DNA from: an uncultured Planctomycetia bacterium
GTDB taxonomy: Bacteria > Omnitrophota > Gorgyraeia > Duberdicusellales > Duberdicusellaceae
Reading direction: 5' to 3'
DNA: 47,641 nucleotides
Assembly: GCA_964634935.1 (NCBI GenBank)
Contig: CAZWJT010000005.1
Coordinates: 137,128 to 184,768, forward strand
Shown here in pieces: positions 28,153-35,800 of this stretch. Each line of letters begins with the position of its first letter. The stretch's first letter is position 1. The translations under genes and the position numbers were made by a program. Under the pieces are notes generated by a model. It saw nothing but the letters and a program-made list of their open reading frames with translations. It had not been told where the DNA came from and did not search any database.

Positions 28153-29249
28153 TGACTTTCTCCTGCAAGATACCGGGAAAGCTCCTTAAAAAAAATCTGA
28201 TTTTCCCGGTGCGTTCCGATGGTAACCCGCAAGTAATTCTGCATGCCCCATCCGCGCATATCCCGAATGATTACCCCTGATTGCAATAAAAATTTTGAAA
28301 GCTTCTCTGCTTCGCTAAAACGAAATAATATGAAGTTGGTGGCGCTCTTCACAAAAAATATTCCCAGCTTCTGGAAGTTTTCATAGAAAAACTTCCGTTC
28401 AGTTTCAATTTCCCGGATAACCTTACGCAGTTGTTTCTTATCGGAGAGCGCGGCAAATGCGGCAACCTGAGCCAGCCGATTGACGTTGAAAGGTTCCCGT
28501 ACTTTATTCATCGCAGCAATGTATTCGTTGCCGGAAACAGCATAACCGATGCGTAAGCCCGCAAGAGCGTATGCTTTTGAAAAAGTACGGGTAAAAATAA
28601 CATTATACCCTTGTTTGAGAAATTCGGCTGTGCGTGGAAAATCAGCGGGCGCAAATTCAAAGTAAGCCTCGTCAAAAAGCACAATGATATCTCGAGGAAT
28701 ACTTTTTAAAAAATTCTCTACCTCTACATGAGTAAGATACGTCCCATTCGGATTATCAGGATTAGCGATAATGATTACTTTAGTCTTGGGGGTAATTGCC
28801 GCGTGGATTGCTTTTAAATCATACCGGAAATCTTTGAATGGAATCTCTCTGGCGAGAATCCCGAGCGATTGCGCTTGAATTTTATACATCAAAAACGTTG
28901 GATAACCAACGATAATTTCCTCGCAACCCGGCTCGACAAATGTCCGCAAAACCAGAGAAATAATCTCATCGGAACCATTACCGAAAATAATTTTTTCCGG
29001 ATCGATCTTCAAAAGCTTTGCCAATTTCATACGCAGGTAGAAACAATCGCCGTAAGGGTATCGATTAATCTGAGCGATTTCTCGTACAATCGCCCGACGA
29101 ACCGCTGCTGAAATAACCATTGGAGATTCATTTGATGCCAGTTTAATAACCCGTGTAAGACCAAGCTCCCGTTTTACTTCCTCAATAGGGCGCCCGGGAA
29201 CATATGTCTGTATATCGGAAAGAATTTCTCGGATCATTCGTTTTGGCAT
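28149..29249 (-). CDS. hisC: Histidinol-phosphate/aromatic aminotransferase (class II PLP)
   Basis: KLASNE, GNGSDE, NPDNPNG, DEAY and RTFSKAYALAGLRIG. Its position between pheA and aroF/tyrA fits the aromatic-aminotransferase role known for such HisC homologs. Confidence 0.92.
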   Translation of the reverse strand: MPKRMIREILSDIQTYVPGRPIEEVKRELGLTRVIKLASNESPMVISAAVRRAIVREIAQINRYPYGDCFYLRMKLAKLLKIDPEKIIFGNGSDEIISLVLRTFVEPGCEEIIVGYPTFLMYKIQAQSLGILAREIPFKDFRYDLKAIHAAITPKTKVIIIANPDNPNGTYLTHVEVENFLKSIPRDIIVLFDEAYFEFAPADFPRTAEFLKQGYNVIFTRTFSKAYALAGLRIGYAVSGNEYIAAMNKVREPFNVNRLAQVAAFAALSDKKQLRKVIREIETERKFFYENFQKLGIFFVKSATNFILFRFSEAEKLSKFLLQSGVIIRDMRGWGMQNYLRVTIGTHRENQIFFKELSRYLAGESQ

Positions 29250-29276
29250 TTCAATTACTCCTGTTTACCGCCATGG

Positions 29277-30338
29277 CTATGCACTGCGCGGATACGAACC
29301 AAGTATTTTAATAAAGGAAGATTTCCTTTCAAGCTCGGTGAGCGCAGATTTTACTTTCCGGTCATTTCGATGACCGACAACGTCGACAAAAAAGTAATAC
29401 TCCCAAGCCTTGCGTTTTGACGGCCGGGATTCTATCTTTGCCAAATTCACGTTATATCTCTTAAAGCAAACCAAGGCTTCGTACAAAGCGCCGACTCTAT
29501 CAGGCACCGAAAAGATGAGAGAAGTTTTATCATTCCCCGTAGCCGGAGCGTCTTTTTGACCAATTACCAAAAATCTGGTGATATTCCGCTCTTTGTCTTG
29601 GATATGTCGTACAAGCACCTTCAAGCGGTAAATTGACGAAACCGCGCCACTGCCCATACAAGCAGAAAATTTATCTTTCTGTGCTGATTCAGCCGCTTTT
29701 GCTGTCGTCGGGCAACTCATAAGCTCCACAGCGGGCAGATGTTCTTGAAGCCACTTACGGCATTGTGCGAATACCTGCGGATGTGAATACACTCGCCTTA
29801 TCTCAGGCAGCTGACAGTTTCCTAAAAGATTATGGGAAACATCGAGGAGAATCTCGGCACAAATCTTCAATTCCGAATCAACAAACATATCAAGCGTGTA
29901 GTTTACCGCTCCTTCTGTGGAATTCTCAACAGGAACGACTCCGTAGTGAGCCTCATCGCGAGCAACCCGAGAAAAAATATCACTGATATCAATACTCGGT
30001 ATAAATTCAACTCCCTTGCCAAACTTTTTTAGGGCGGCCAAATGAGTGAAAGTGGCAACCGGCCCAAGATAACAGACGCGAAGCGTTGATGACAGAGAGA
30101 AAGAAATAGACATAATATGAGTAAAAATTTCCTGCAAAAGCTCCTGGGGGATAAAACCTGGGTTTATTTTCTTAAGCCTCTGAAATATGTATGACTCCCG
30201 CTCTGGAGAATAAGAAGGTTTTTCTATCTTTTGCTTCAGTTTGTTGATTTTCACAGCTACCTGTGCTCGCTCAGTGAGTAACCGCACGAGCCGCTCATCA
30301 ACGGAATCAATCTTCTTGCGTAACTTTTTAAGGTTCAT
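29277..30338 (-). CDS. pheA: Bifunctional chorismate mutase/prephenate dehydratase (P-protein)
   Basis: AroQ N-terminus (LRKKIDSVD..L.ER), VPVENS.EG, SHPQ..AQC, TRF and ACT domain ESRP. Confidence 0.96.
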   Translation of the reverse strand: MNLKKLRKKIDSVDERLVRLLTERAQVAVKINKLKQKIEKPSYSPERESYIFQRLKKINPGFIPQELLQEIFTHIMSISFSLSSTLRVCYLGPVATFTHLAALKKFGKGVEFIPSIDISDIFSRVARDEAHYGVVPVENSTEGAVNYTLDMFVDSELKICAEILLDVSHNLLGNCQLPEIRRVYSHPQVFAQCRKWLQEHLPAVELMSCPTTAKAAESAQKDKFSACMGSGAVSSIYRLKVLVRHIQDKERNITRFLVIGQKDAPATGNDKTSLIFSVPDRVGALYEALVCFKRYNVNLAKIESRPSKRKAWEYYFFVDVVGHRNDRKVKSALTELERKSSFIKILGSYPRSA

Positions 30339-31069
30339 ACATCACCATAAGGATCGCTGACTCCGGCATCCTCTCCAGCTCTCCCCCCTTCATTCTGTTG
30401 CTTTGGAGGTATCCCCGATACCTCCTTATCCACAATCTTCTCCTCCAGAATGTCTGCCGCTTTTCCCGTAACTTGATTCTTTTCCTCGGAAAAGCCAGGA
30501 CCGTCATCATCACTCATTGAAATTCCATGTTCGAAGGCGACTTCTTTCAAACTTCCTCCAAACGCCTCATCTTTTCCTAAAGGTGGAAGCTCCTGGAGAG
30601 AGTTTAACCCAAAATATTCTAGAAATTGGCGGGTTGTACCATACATAAAAGGCCGACCAATAACTTGCTTCTTGCCAACGATCTTAATCAAGCCAAGCTT
30701 AGAGAGATGGTTAATAACTCCATCTGTATTCACCCCGCGGATAGATTCTATCTCCAATTTCGTTGCTGGCTGTTTATAGGCGATAATCGCTAAACTCTCC
30801 AGCGCGGCATTGCTCAATTTTTGCTTAAATTTATCTTTGTAGAACTTTTTTATCCAGTCGACGTTCGCAGGAAGACTGCACATTTGGTATCCGCCAGCAA
30901 CCTTAACAATACAGAGTCCCGCCTTTCTTTCTTCGCATTCTTTGATCATCTGCTCAAAGACGGCTTCGATTTCCTTCCTGTCTCGACCAAGCAAATGAAC
31001 ACACTCTTCCAGGGAAACTGGTTTTTCGTTTACAAAAAGAATTGACTCCAGAATCGATTTAAGTTCCAT
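30335..31069 (-). CDS. scpB: SMC-Scp complex subunit ScpB with acidic C-terminal tail
   Basis: ESILFV, VAGGYQM, LSNAALESLAIIAYKQP..IESIRGV and GRPFMYGTT.QFLEYFGL. Confidence 0.96.
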   Translation of the reverse strand: MELKSILESILFVNEKPVSLEECVHLLGRDRKEIEAVFEQMIKECEERKAGLCIVKVAGGYQMCSLPANVDWIKKFYKDKFKQKLSNAALESLAIIAYKQPATKLEIESIRGVNTDGVINHLSKLGLIKIVGKKQVIGRPFMYGTTRQFLEYFGLNSLQELPPLGKDEAFGGSLKEVAFEHGISMSDDDGPGFSEEKNQVTGKAADILEEKIVDKEVSGIPPKQQNEGGRAGEDAGVSDPYGDV

Positions 31070-31700
31070 AACGGGAATGCGCCCCTATATTTTTTTTATA
31101 GATTTCGTTCAGCAATTCTTCAACCGTTGAGAGAGCGTTGTTTGAAAGCAACGCCCGATCAATCATCTGCTGAGCTTCCTTACGTTTATACTGCAACCCC
31201 TCTAAAACTGAAAGCGCATCGTGTATCAGTTGTTGTCGTTTCTTTTCTACCGTTGGCTCTTTGGACATAACCCGGTCATTGATAAGCACAAAATGCCCCA
31301 TTTTACCTTGTAATGTCGCGAGAATATTTTTCGCTCTTTGCAACCCAATACCTGGCAATGACTTCAAGAAATCGATGTCGCCTCCATCGATTGCCTGCGC
31401 AATGTCGGAAATAGACTTACTGAATGCCTTAAGCGCAGCCTTCGGGCCGATTCCGGAAACACCGATAAACTTTTCAAAAAACTCTTTTTCCAGCTCGCTT
31501 AAAAAACCAATCAGCACTGGATAACCCTTTGTCTGTTCAATATGAAAATAATCGTACACCACAAGCTCAACCGGCACTCCCTCTTCAACCCTAAGCCCGA
31601 CAGTACACGGAACGAATACTTCATAGACAAAATTTCCTGCCTCAAGGTAAATTCTGTCTTCGCGCTTCCGTACACAAACGCCCTTCATCCGCGTAATCAT
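31059..31700 (-). CDS. ruvA: Holliday junction branch migration protein RuvA
   Basis: GF..E.E.FF..F.GVSGIGPK.A, HhH motif LPGIG, and C-terminal ALxxL.GLQY domain; follows ruvC. Confidence 0.93.
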   Translation of the reverse strand: MITRMKGVCVRKREDRIYLEAGNFVYEVFVPCTVGLRVEEGVPVELVVYDYFHIEQTKGYPVLIGFLSELEKEFFEKFIGVSGIGPKAALKAFSKSISDIAQAIDGGDIDFLKSLPGIGLQRAKNILATLQGKMGHFVLINDRVMSKEPTVEKKRQQLIHDALSVLEGLQYKRKEAQQMIDRALLSNNALSTVEELLNEIYKKNIGAHSRYGT

Positions 31701-32173
31701 GACAATCTCTGGGTATGAAGAAATGTTATCGCCAAACCTAAGGCATCGCTTAAGTGCTCTGAGCGCAAAGGTGTTTTGAACCGGTAAAGGTACCCAACCA
31801 TTTTTTGCACTTGCGCTTTGGACGCCAACCCCATACCAGTAATCGCTTTCTTAACATGGGTTGCTGGAAATTCAACAATCTTTATCTGCCGAGTTGCCGC
31901 GGCAAGAACAACAACCCCGCGTGCATGTCCCAGGAGCACCGCGGTAATCGGATGTTTATAGTGTGCATAGAGTTTCTCGAGTACCACAACTTCCGGCTTA
32001 AATCGATCAAGGATTAAGCAAACGCGCTCAAAAATAGACTGTAGCCTTAATGCTAAAAGATCGCCACTCTTTGTCTTTATCTCTTCTGTGTGCTGAACGC
32101 ACAAGCCGCCTGTTTGCTCGACAACGACACATCCCGTAGTTTGCAAGCCCGGATCAATGCCTAGAATAACCAT
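31697..32173 (-). CDS. ruvC: Holliday junction resolvase RuvC
   Basis: ILGIDPG, VVLEK, LGHARG, VKKAITG.G.ASK.QV and HLSDAL. Confidence 0.95.
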   Translation of the reverse strand: MVILGIDPGLQTTGCVVVEQTGGLCVQHTEEIKTKSGDLLALRLQSIFERVCLILDRFKPEVVVLEKLYAHYKHPITAVLLGHARGVVVLAAATRQIKIVEFPATHVKKAITGMGLASKAQVQKMVGYLYRFKTPLRSEHLSDALGLAITFLHTQRLS

Positions 32174-32187
32174 TCACCCTGCCGAAA

Positions 32188-32949
32188 CTATTCGGCCATT
32201 GTCTTTTCAATCTCGGCCATGATTTCATCTGGAATATCAAAATTTGCGTATACGTGCTGAGTGTCATCGTGATCTTCAAGAGCCTCCACCAAAGCGAGAA
32301 CTTGTTTAGCATCCTGTAAACCCAGCTTGACCGCTGAAGAAGGAATCATGGTAATTTCTCCGCCTTCAATCACAATCTGCTTTTCCTTTAAAGCGCTTTT
32401 TACTTTCTCAAAGTCTTTGGGATCAGTGGTTACTTCAAAAAACTCAGCTTCTGTCTTTACATCTTCCGCGCCTGCATCCAATACGATTGACAACAAATCA
32501 TCTTCAGAAACCTTATTCTTAGCAATAGTAAGTAAACCTTTTTTTGTGAAAATCCAGGCAACGCTGCCCGTTCCGGCTAAATTGCCATTTTTCTTCGTAA
32601 AAATATTCCGGATTTCCGCGGAAGTTCTATTCTTATTATCAGTCAGCGTTTCCACCATAATGGCAATACCCCCCGGACCGTATCCTTCAAACATACAAGT
32701 ATCGTAACTGACTCCTTCTAGCTCCCCTGTCCCCCGCTTAATCGCCTTTTCAACGTTATCGGAAGGCATATTAATTTCTTTTGCCCGCTCCATTGCAGTG
32801 CGCAAACGTGGATTATTTTCAGAATTTCCGCCTCCTTCGCGCGCGGCAACCGTAAGTTCTCTGATGATCTTGGTAAACATCCTTCCCTTTTTCGCATCTT
32901 GAGCTGCTTTTTTATGTTTTATCGTTGCCCATTTTGAATGACCACTCAT
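32188..32949 (-). CDS. yebC: YebC/PmpR (TACO1) family protein
   Basis: MSGHSKWATIKHKK, NPRLR, EGYGPGG, TDNKNRT and LEDHDD.Q.VYAN. Confidence 0.97.
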   Translation of the reverse strand: MSGHSKWATIKHKKAAQDAKKGRMFTKIIRELTVAAREGGGNSENNPRLRTAMERAKEINMPSDNVEKAIKRGTGELEGVSYDTCMFEGYGPGGIAIMVETLTDNKNRTSAEIRNIFTKKNGNLAGTGSVAWIFTKKGLLTIAKNKVSEDDLLSIVLDAGAEDVKTEAEFFEVTTDPKDFEKVKSALKEKQIVIEGGEITMIPSSAVKLGLQDAKQVLALVEALEDHDDTQHVYANFDIPDEIMAEIEKTMAE

Positions 32950-32999
32950 GATATGTACCTCCTATTTCTGAAAATTCTCAACATCAAGCGCTTACATTT

Positions 33000-33428
33000 C
33001 TAAAAAGCCGGCAGTTGAAACCTATCCTTCAACATACCTTGCTGTGAACCTTTTTTCGCCAGTTCATCTGCAAATCGGTTGCCTTCACGCTCGGTGAAAA
33101 GCACTTCAGCACTTTCAAAAAAACTCAAGAAATGTTTCGCCAGAGCGCATAAACCAAATAAATTTTGATTCTTTACCTTAAAACGGCCGTTGACTTGTTC
33201 AACTACAAGCTTGCTGTCCATAAAGAAAGTTGCCTTCCGTAAACCCAGACTCAAACACAGGTTTAATCCAACAATCAATGAAAAATACTCAGCAACATTA
33301 TTGGTCGTCTGTCCTACAAACAATGAAATCTCCTTTGTTTTCTTGGAGTTCTGAAAAAGGCATACCCCGATTCCGGAATTTCCAGGATTCCCCGAAGAAG
33401 CGCCGTCGCAGAAAACCTCAACCACCAA
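33000..33428 (-). CDS. rnhA: Ribonuclease HI (type lacking the basic protrusion)
   Basis: FCDGASSGNPG (Asp), TNNVAEY (Glu), MDSKLVVEQ.NG.FKVK (Asp) and REGNRFADELA (Asp). Confidence 0.92.
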   Translation of the reverse strand: MVVEVFCDGASSGNPGNSGIGVCLFQNSKKTKEISLFVGQTTNNVAEYFSLIVGLNLCLSLGLRKATFFMDSKLVVEQVNGRFKVKNQNLFGLCALAKHFLSFFESAEVLFTEREGNRFADELAKKGSQQGMLKDRFQLPAF

Positions 33429-34143
33429 AATCCTCCTTTAAATAAACCATCCGGGCGCACGAAGGACAAGTTATGATTTCTTTGTATTGTTTAATCTGGT
33501 TTATCGTTTCATCCATCATGCTCATATAACAACCTCCGCAAGTCCCGTTCAAAAGAGGAACAAGCGCTAGTCCATTCCGATTTTTTAAAAGACGATCATA
33601 CTGTTGCAGAATCCTTTTATCAATCTCGCGAATTCTTGTCGAGCGTTTTTCTTCGAGTTGTTGCAATTGCAGCGTAAGATCGCTGATAATCTTCTCAAGA
33701 GTCCCCAATTGCTCATGAAACATCTTTTCATCAGCAGTTAATGTTTCCTTTTCCCGCGCGAGTTGGGAGCTTATTTTATCAATCTCTTCCAGAGCGATGA
33801 GAATATGTTCCTCAGCGACAGAAATATCTGCTTTTAAAGATTCAATTTCCTTCAACTTTAAATGGTATTCTTGATTGGTCTTTAACTGGTAAAGTTGGGT
33901 TTGCGCCTTATGCACACCCTCTTCTTTTGTCTTCAAATCAAGCTCTTTTTCCTTCTTCCGCAGCTGTGCGCTTTTTAGTTTTTCCTCGGCTTCTTGAAGA
34001 CCTTTTTTCTTGAGCTCGAAAGCCGCTTTCAGTTCTTCAACCTGCTTTGGTGTATTTATTTCAGAGTCGGCACGAATCTGAAATATTTTTGTATCGATTT
34101 CTTGGACCTCAATTAGTTTCGCTATTTCCTCTTTTACATTCAT
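33418..34143 (-). CDS. Coiled-coil + C4-type zinc-ribbon protein (DUF164-like)
   Basis: LIEVQEID, long coiled coil, KTNQEY and C-terminal CGGC..CPSC. Start ATG 34143 with AAGGAG SD; the ORF-track extension to 34272 reads through tRNA-Val. Confidence 0.9.
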   Translation of the reverse strand: MNVKEEIAKLIEVQEIDTKIFQIRADSEINTPKQVEELKAAFELKKKGLQEAEEKLKSAQLRKKEKELDLKTKEEGVHKAQTQLYQLKTNQEYHLKLKEIESLKADISVAEEHILIALEEIDKISSQLAREKETLTADEKMFHEQLGTLEKIISDLTLQLQQLEEKRSTRIREIDKRILQQYDRLLKNRNGLALVPLLNGTCGGCYMSMMDETINQIKQYKEIITCPSCARMVYLKEDFGG

Positions 34144-34183
34144 CCTCTCTCCTTCTCGTTCACTACAGATCCAAGCAAATAAA

Positions 34184-34257
34184 TGGGCAATGCCCGGATC
34201 GAACGGGCGACCTCGTCGATGTGAGCGACGCGCTCTAACCAACTGAGCTAATTGCCC
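34184..34257 (-). tRNA. tRNA-Val(CAC), CCA not encoded
   Basis: GGGCAAT/ATTGCCC acceptor stem, GCTC/GAGC D-stem, CGTCG-CTCACAT-CGACG anticodon arm and GCCCG-TTCGATC-CGGGC T-arm. Confidence 0.95.
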
Positions 34258-34344
34258 GCACAAAACACGCAACGGCCAAACTATCCCATTCGACCGCGCA
34301 CCAGCTAACTATTATCCTACTATCCCCGAAGTATCGTCGCTTAA

Positions 34345-34431
34345 TGGTGGGCAGGGGAGGATTCGAACCTCCGAAGCGCGAAGCGCAACAGATTTACAGT
34401 CTGTCCCCGTTGGCCACTTGGGTACCTACCC
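34345..34431 (-). tRNA. tRNA-Tyr(GTA), long variable arm, CCA encoded
   Basis: GGGTAGG/CCTGCCC acceptor stem, ACAGA-CTGTAAA-TCTGT anticodon arm, GGAGG-TTCGAAT-CCTCC T-arm and terminal ACCA. Confidence 0.96.
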
Positions 34432-34509
34432 GGATGCTTAACTTACTCGATTCTGCGGTAGTCATCCTACCGAAAAAAACCAATAAACTTATGCGTGCCC
34501 AAATGAAAT

Positions 34510-34583
34510 TGGGCCCGCAGGGACTCGAACCCCGGACCAATTGATTATGAGTCAACTGCTCTAACCGACTGAGCTACGGGCCC
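34510..34583 (-). tRNA. tRNA with CAT anticodon, most likely tRNA-Ile2 (lysidine), CCA not encoded
   Basis: GGGCCCG/CGGGCCC acceptor stem and GTTGA-CTCATAA-TCAAT anticodon arm. C4-G69/C5-G68 and the GAGCAG..GACTCATAATC..TTGGTC pattern fit Ile2 better than elongator Met; a G1-C72 pair rules out fMet. Confidence 0.85.
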
Positions 34584-34597
34584 AAGGTAATTAAAAA

Positions 34598-34625
34598 ATT
34601 ATAACAAATATCTTGTTTTACACAA
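34598..34625 (-). promoter_or_regulatory. Putative sigma70 promoter for the tRNA cluster
   Basis: TTGTGT-N16-TATAAT with extended TG; -10 ends 14 nt before the tRNA 5' end. Confidence 0.65.
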
Positions 34626-34735
34626 GCGTAAAGTATAAAGAATAAAAAAGGCTCTTTTGATGATTTTGAGGAAGAAACAGTACCTGCCGCACAACGCATT
34701 ATTCTATCATCAGAGAATGTGAGGCTTTAAACGAA

Positions 34736-35191
34736 CTAGTCTTCCTGGATTTTTTCCGGCTCAAGAGCAAATTGTTGCGACGAGAAAAGATCCGAGGCTA
34801 ACTTGAGATATCGAAATGCCTCGTGGATATCTTTTTTACGCTCATGAAATTGGGAAAGCTTCATATACACGAGAGAAAGATTGTTTATTGCCAGAACATA
34901 ACGGGGATCGAGATCAACCGCTTGCTTTAAGAATAACTCCGCTTGAGCGTAATCTCCTTCTTCCGCCCAATATACCCCCCAATTATTAAGAACAAATTTC
35001 TTATACGCCGGGTTGATGTAAATAGTTTTTTGATAGAGCGTATAGGCACCATCCGCATCTCCTGATTGCTGCGCAGACACCCCTTCATTAAAATAAAGCT
35101 GCGCTTCTCCTTGTGCTGCCGATTGGGCGTATCCCGCACAAGTCACAAAACACAGAAGAAGAATTATGAGGAAGTTCCCGGCTTTACTCAT
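34736..35191 (-). CDS. Small exported TPR protein, function unknown
   Basis: Signal-like N-terminus (FLIILLLCFVTCAGYAQ); TPR pattern YFNEG..A..LYQK.I.INP.Y..NNWGV..G..AE.FLKQAV.LDP.Y..A.NNL; AAGGAGG SD. Confidence 0.82.
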   Translation of the reverse strand: MSKAGNFLIILLLCFVTCAGYAQSAAQGEAQLYFNEGVSAQQSGDADGAYTLYQKTIYINPAYKKFVLNNWGVYWAEEGDYAQAELFLKQAVDLDPRYVLAINNLSLVYMKLSQFHERKKDIHEAFRYLKLASDLFSSQQFALEPEKIQED

Positions 35192-35239
35192 TAAAAACCT
35201 CCTTGTCTCAGGATAAAAGAAACTTCACTCTCCCAAACC

Positions 35240-35267
35240 ATTATAACACACAGCACCTATCTTACAA
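35240..35267 (-). promoter_or_regulatory. Putative sigma70 promoter for the small TPR gene
   Basis: TTGTAA-N16-TATAAT with extended TG, the same architecture as the tRNA promoter. Confidence 0.6.
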
Positions 35268-35278
35268 TTCTTTTGCAC

Positions 35279-35800
35279 TCAGAAAACAATCGTATCCCAG
35301 ATACCTTTCGCCTTGAGGATAAGTTCGATCACTTCACGTACCGCCCCTTTCCCGCCAGGTGCATTGGTTGTATAGGCGCAAATTTCTTTAATTTCTGAGA
35401 CTGCGTTCCTGACCGCAACAGGAAAACCTACTTTTTTAAGGACTGCCCGATCGATAAGATCATCCCCTACAAAACAAATCTTTTCAGGAGAACATTTGTA
35501 TCGTTGTATCATTTTCTCAAAAACAGAAATCTTTGGCCACCCTGACCATACATCAGAAATGCCCATATCGCGTGCCCGTAACTTCAGTACGCGAGAATTC
35601 CTACCTGTCAGAATGGTTATTTTTAAACCGGATCGAATCGCAAAGGCCACCCCGACTCCATCGTGCACATGAAAGGCTTTTATTTCTTTGCCGGAAGAAT
35701 CATAGATAATTTCTCCGCCAGTCAAAACTCCATCGACATCCAGCACAAGAAGTTCTGTGTTTTTTGCCTTCAGTAAAATCTCTGAATTATCTGTCATCAA
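35279..35800 (-). CDS. kdsC: KDO 8-phosphate phosphatase (HAD family)
   Basis: LDVDGVLT, FHVHDG.G, ILTGR, VGDDLID and GGKGAVRE. Confidence 0.95.
   Translation of the reverse strand: MMTDNSEILLKAKNTELLVLDVDGVLTGGEIIYDSSGKEIKAFHVHDGVGVAFAIRSGLKITILTGRNSRVLKLRARDMGISDVWSGWPKISVFEKMIQRYKCSPEKICFVGDDLIDRAVLKKVGFPVAVRNAVSEIKEICAYTTNAPGGKGAVREVIELILKAKGIWDTIVF

Noticed and set aside
34144-34272. 43-aa N-terminal extension of the zinc-ribbon ORF, and plus ORF 34344-34544
   Set aside because: Both are translations of tRNA genes; the real start at 34143 has an SD.
34456-34479. Perfect hairpin CGGTAG-N5-CTACCG next to an A7/T7 tract between tRNA-Ile2 and tRNA-Tyr
   Set aside because: The U-tract precedes the hairpin on the transcribed strand, and the plus strand has A after it, so it is not an intrinsic terminator in either direction. 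At most a processing element.
34184-34583. tRNA cluster as a possible integration site or island boundary
   Set aside because: No integrase, no duplicated tRNA 3' end and no visible compositional break; flanking genes are housekeeping.
34686-34725. Hairpin containing CTGATGA downstream of the small TPR gene (hammerhead or fluoride-riboswitch-like word)
   Set aside because: No stem II/GAAA hammerhead core and no fluoride-riboswitch 5' elements; more likely an ordinary 3'-UTR hairpin.
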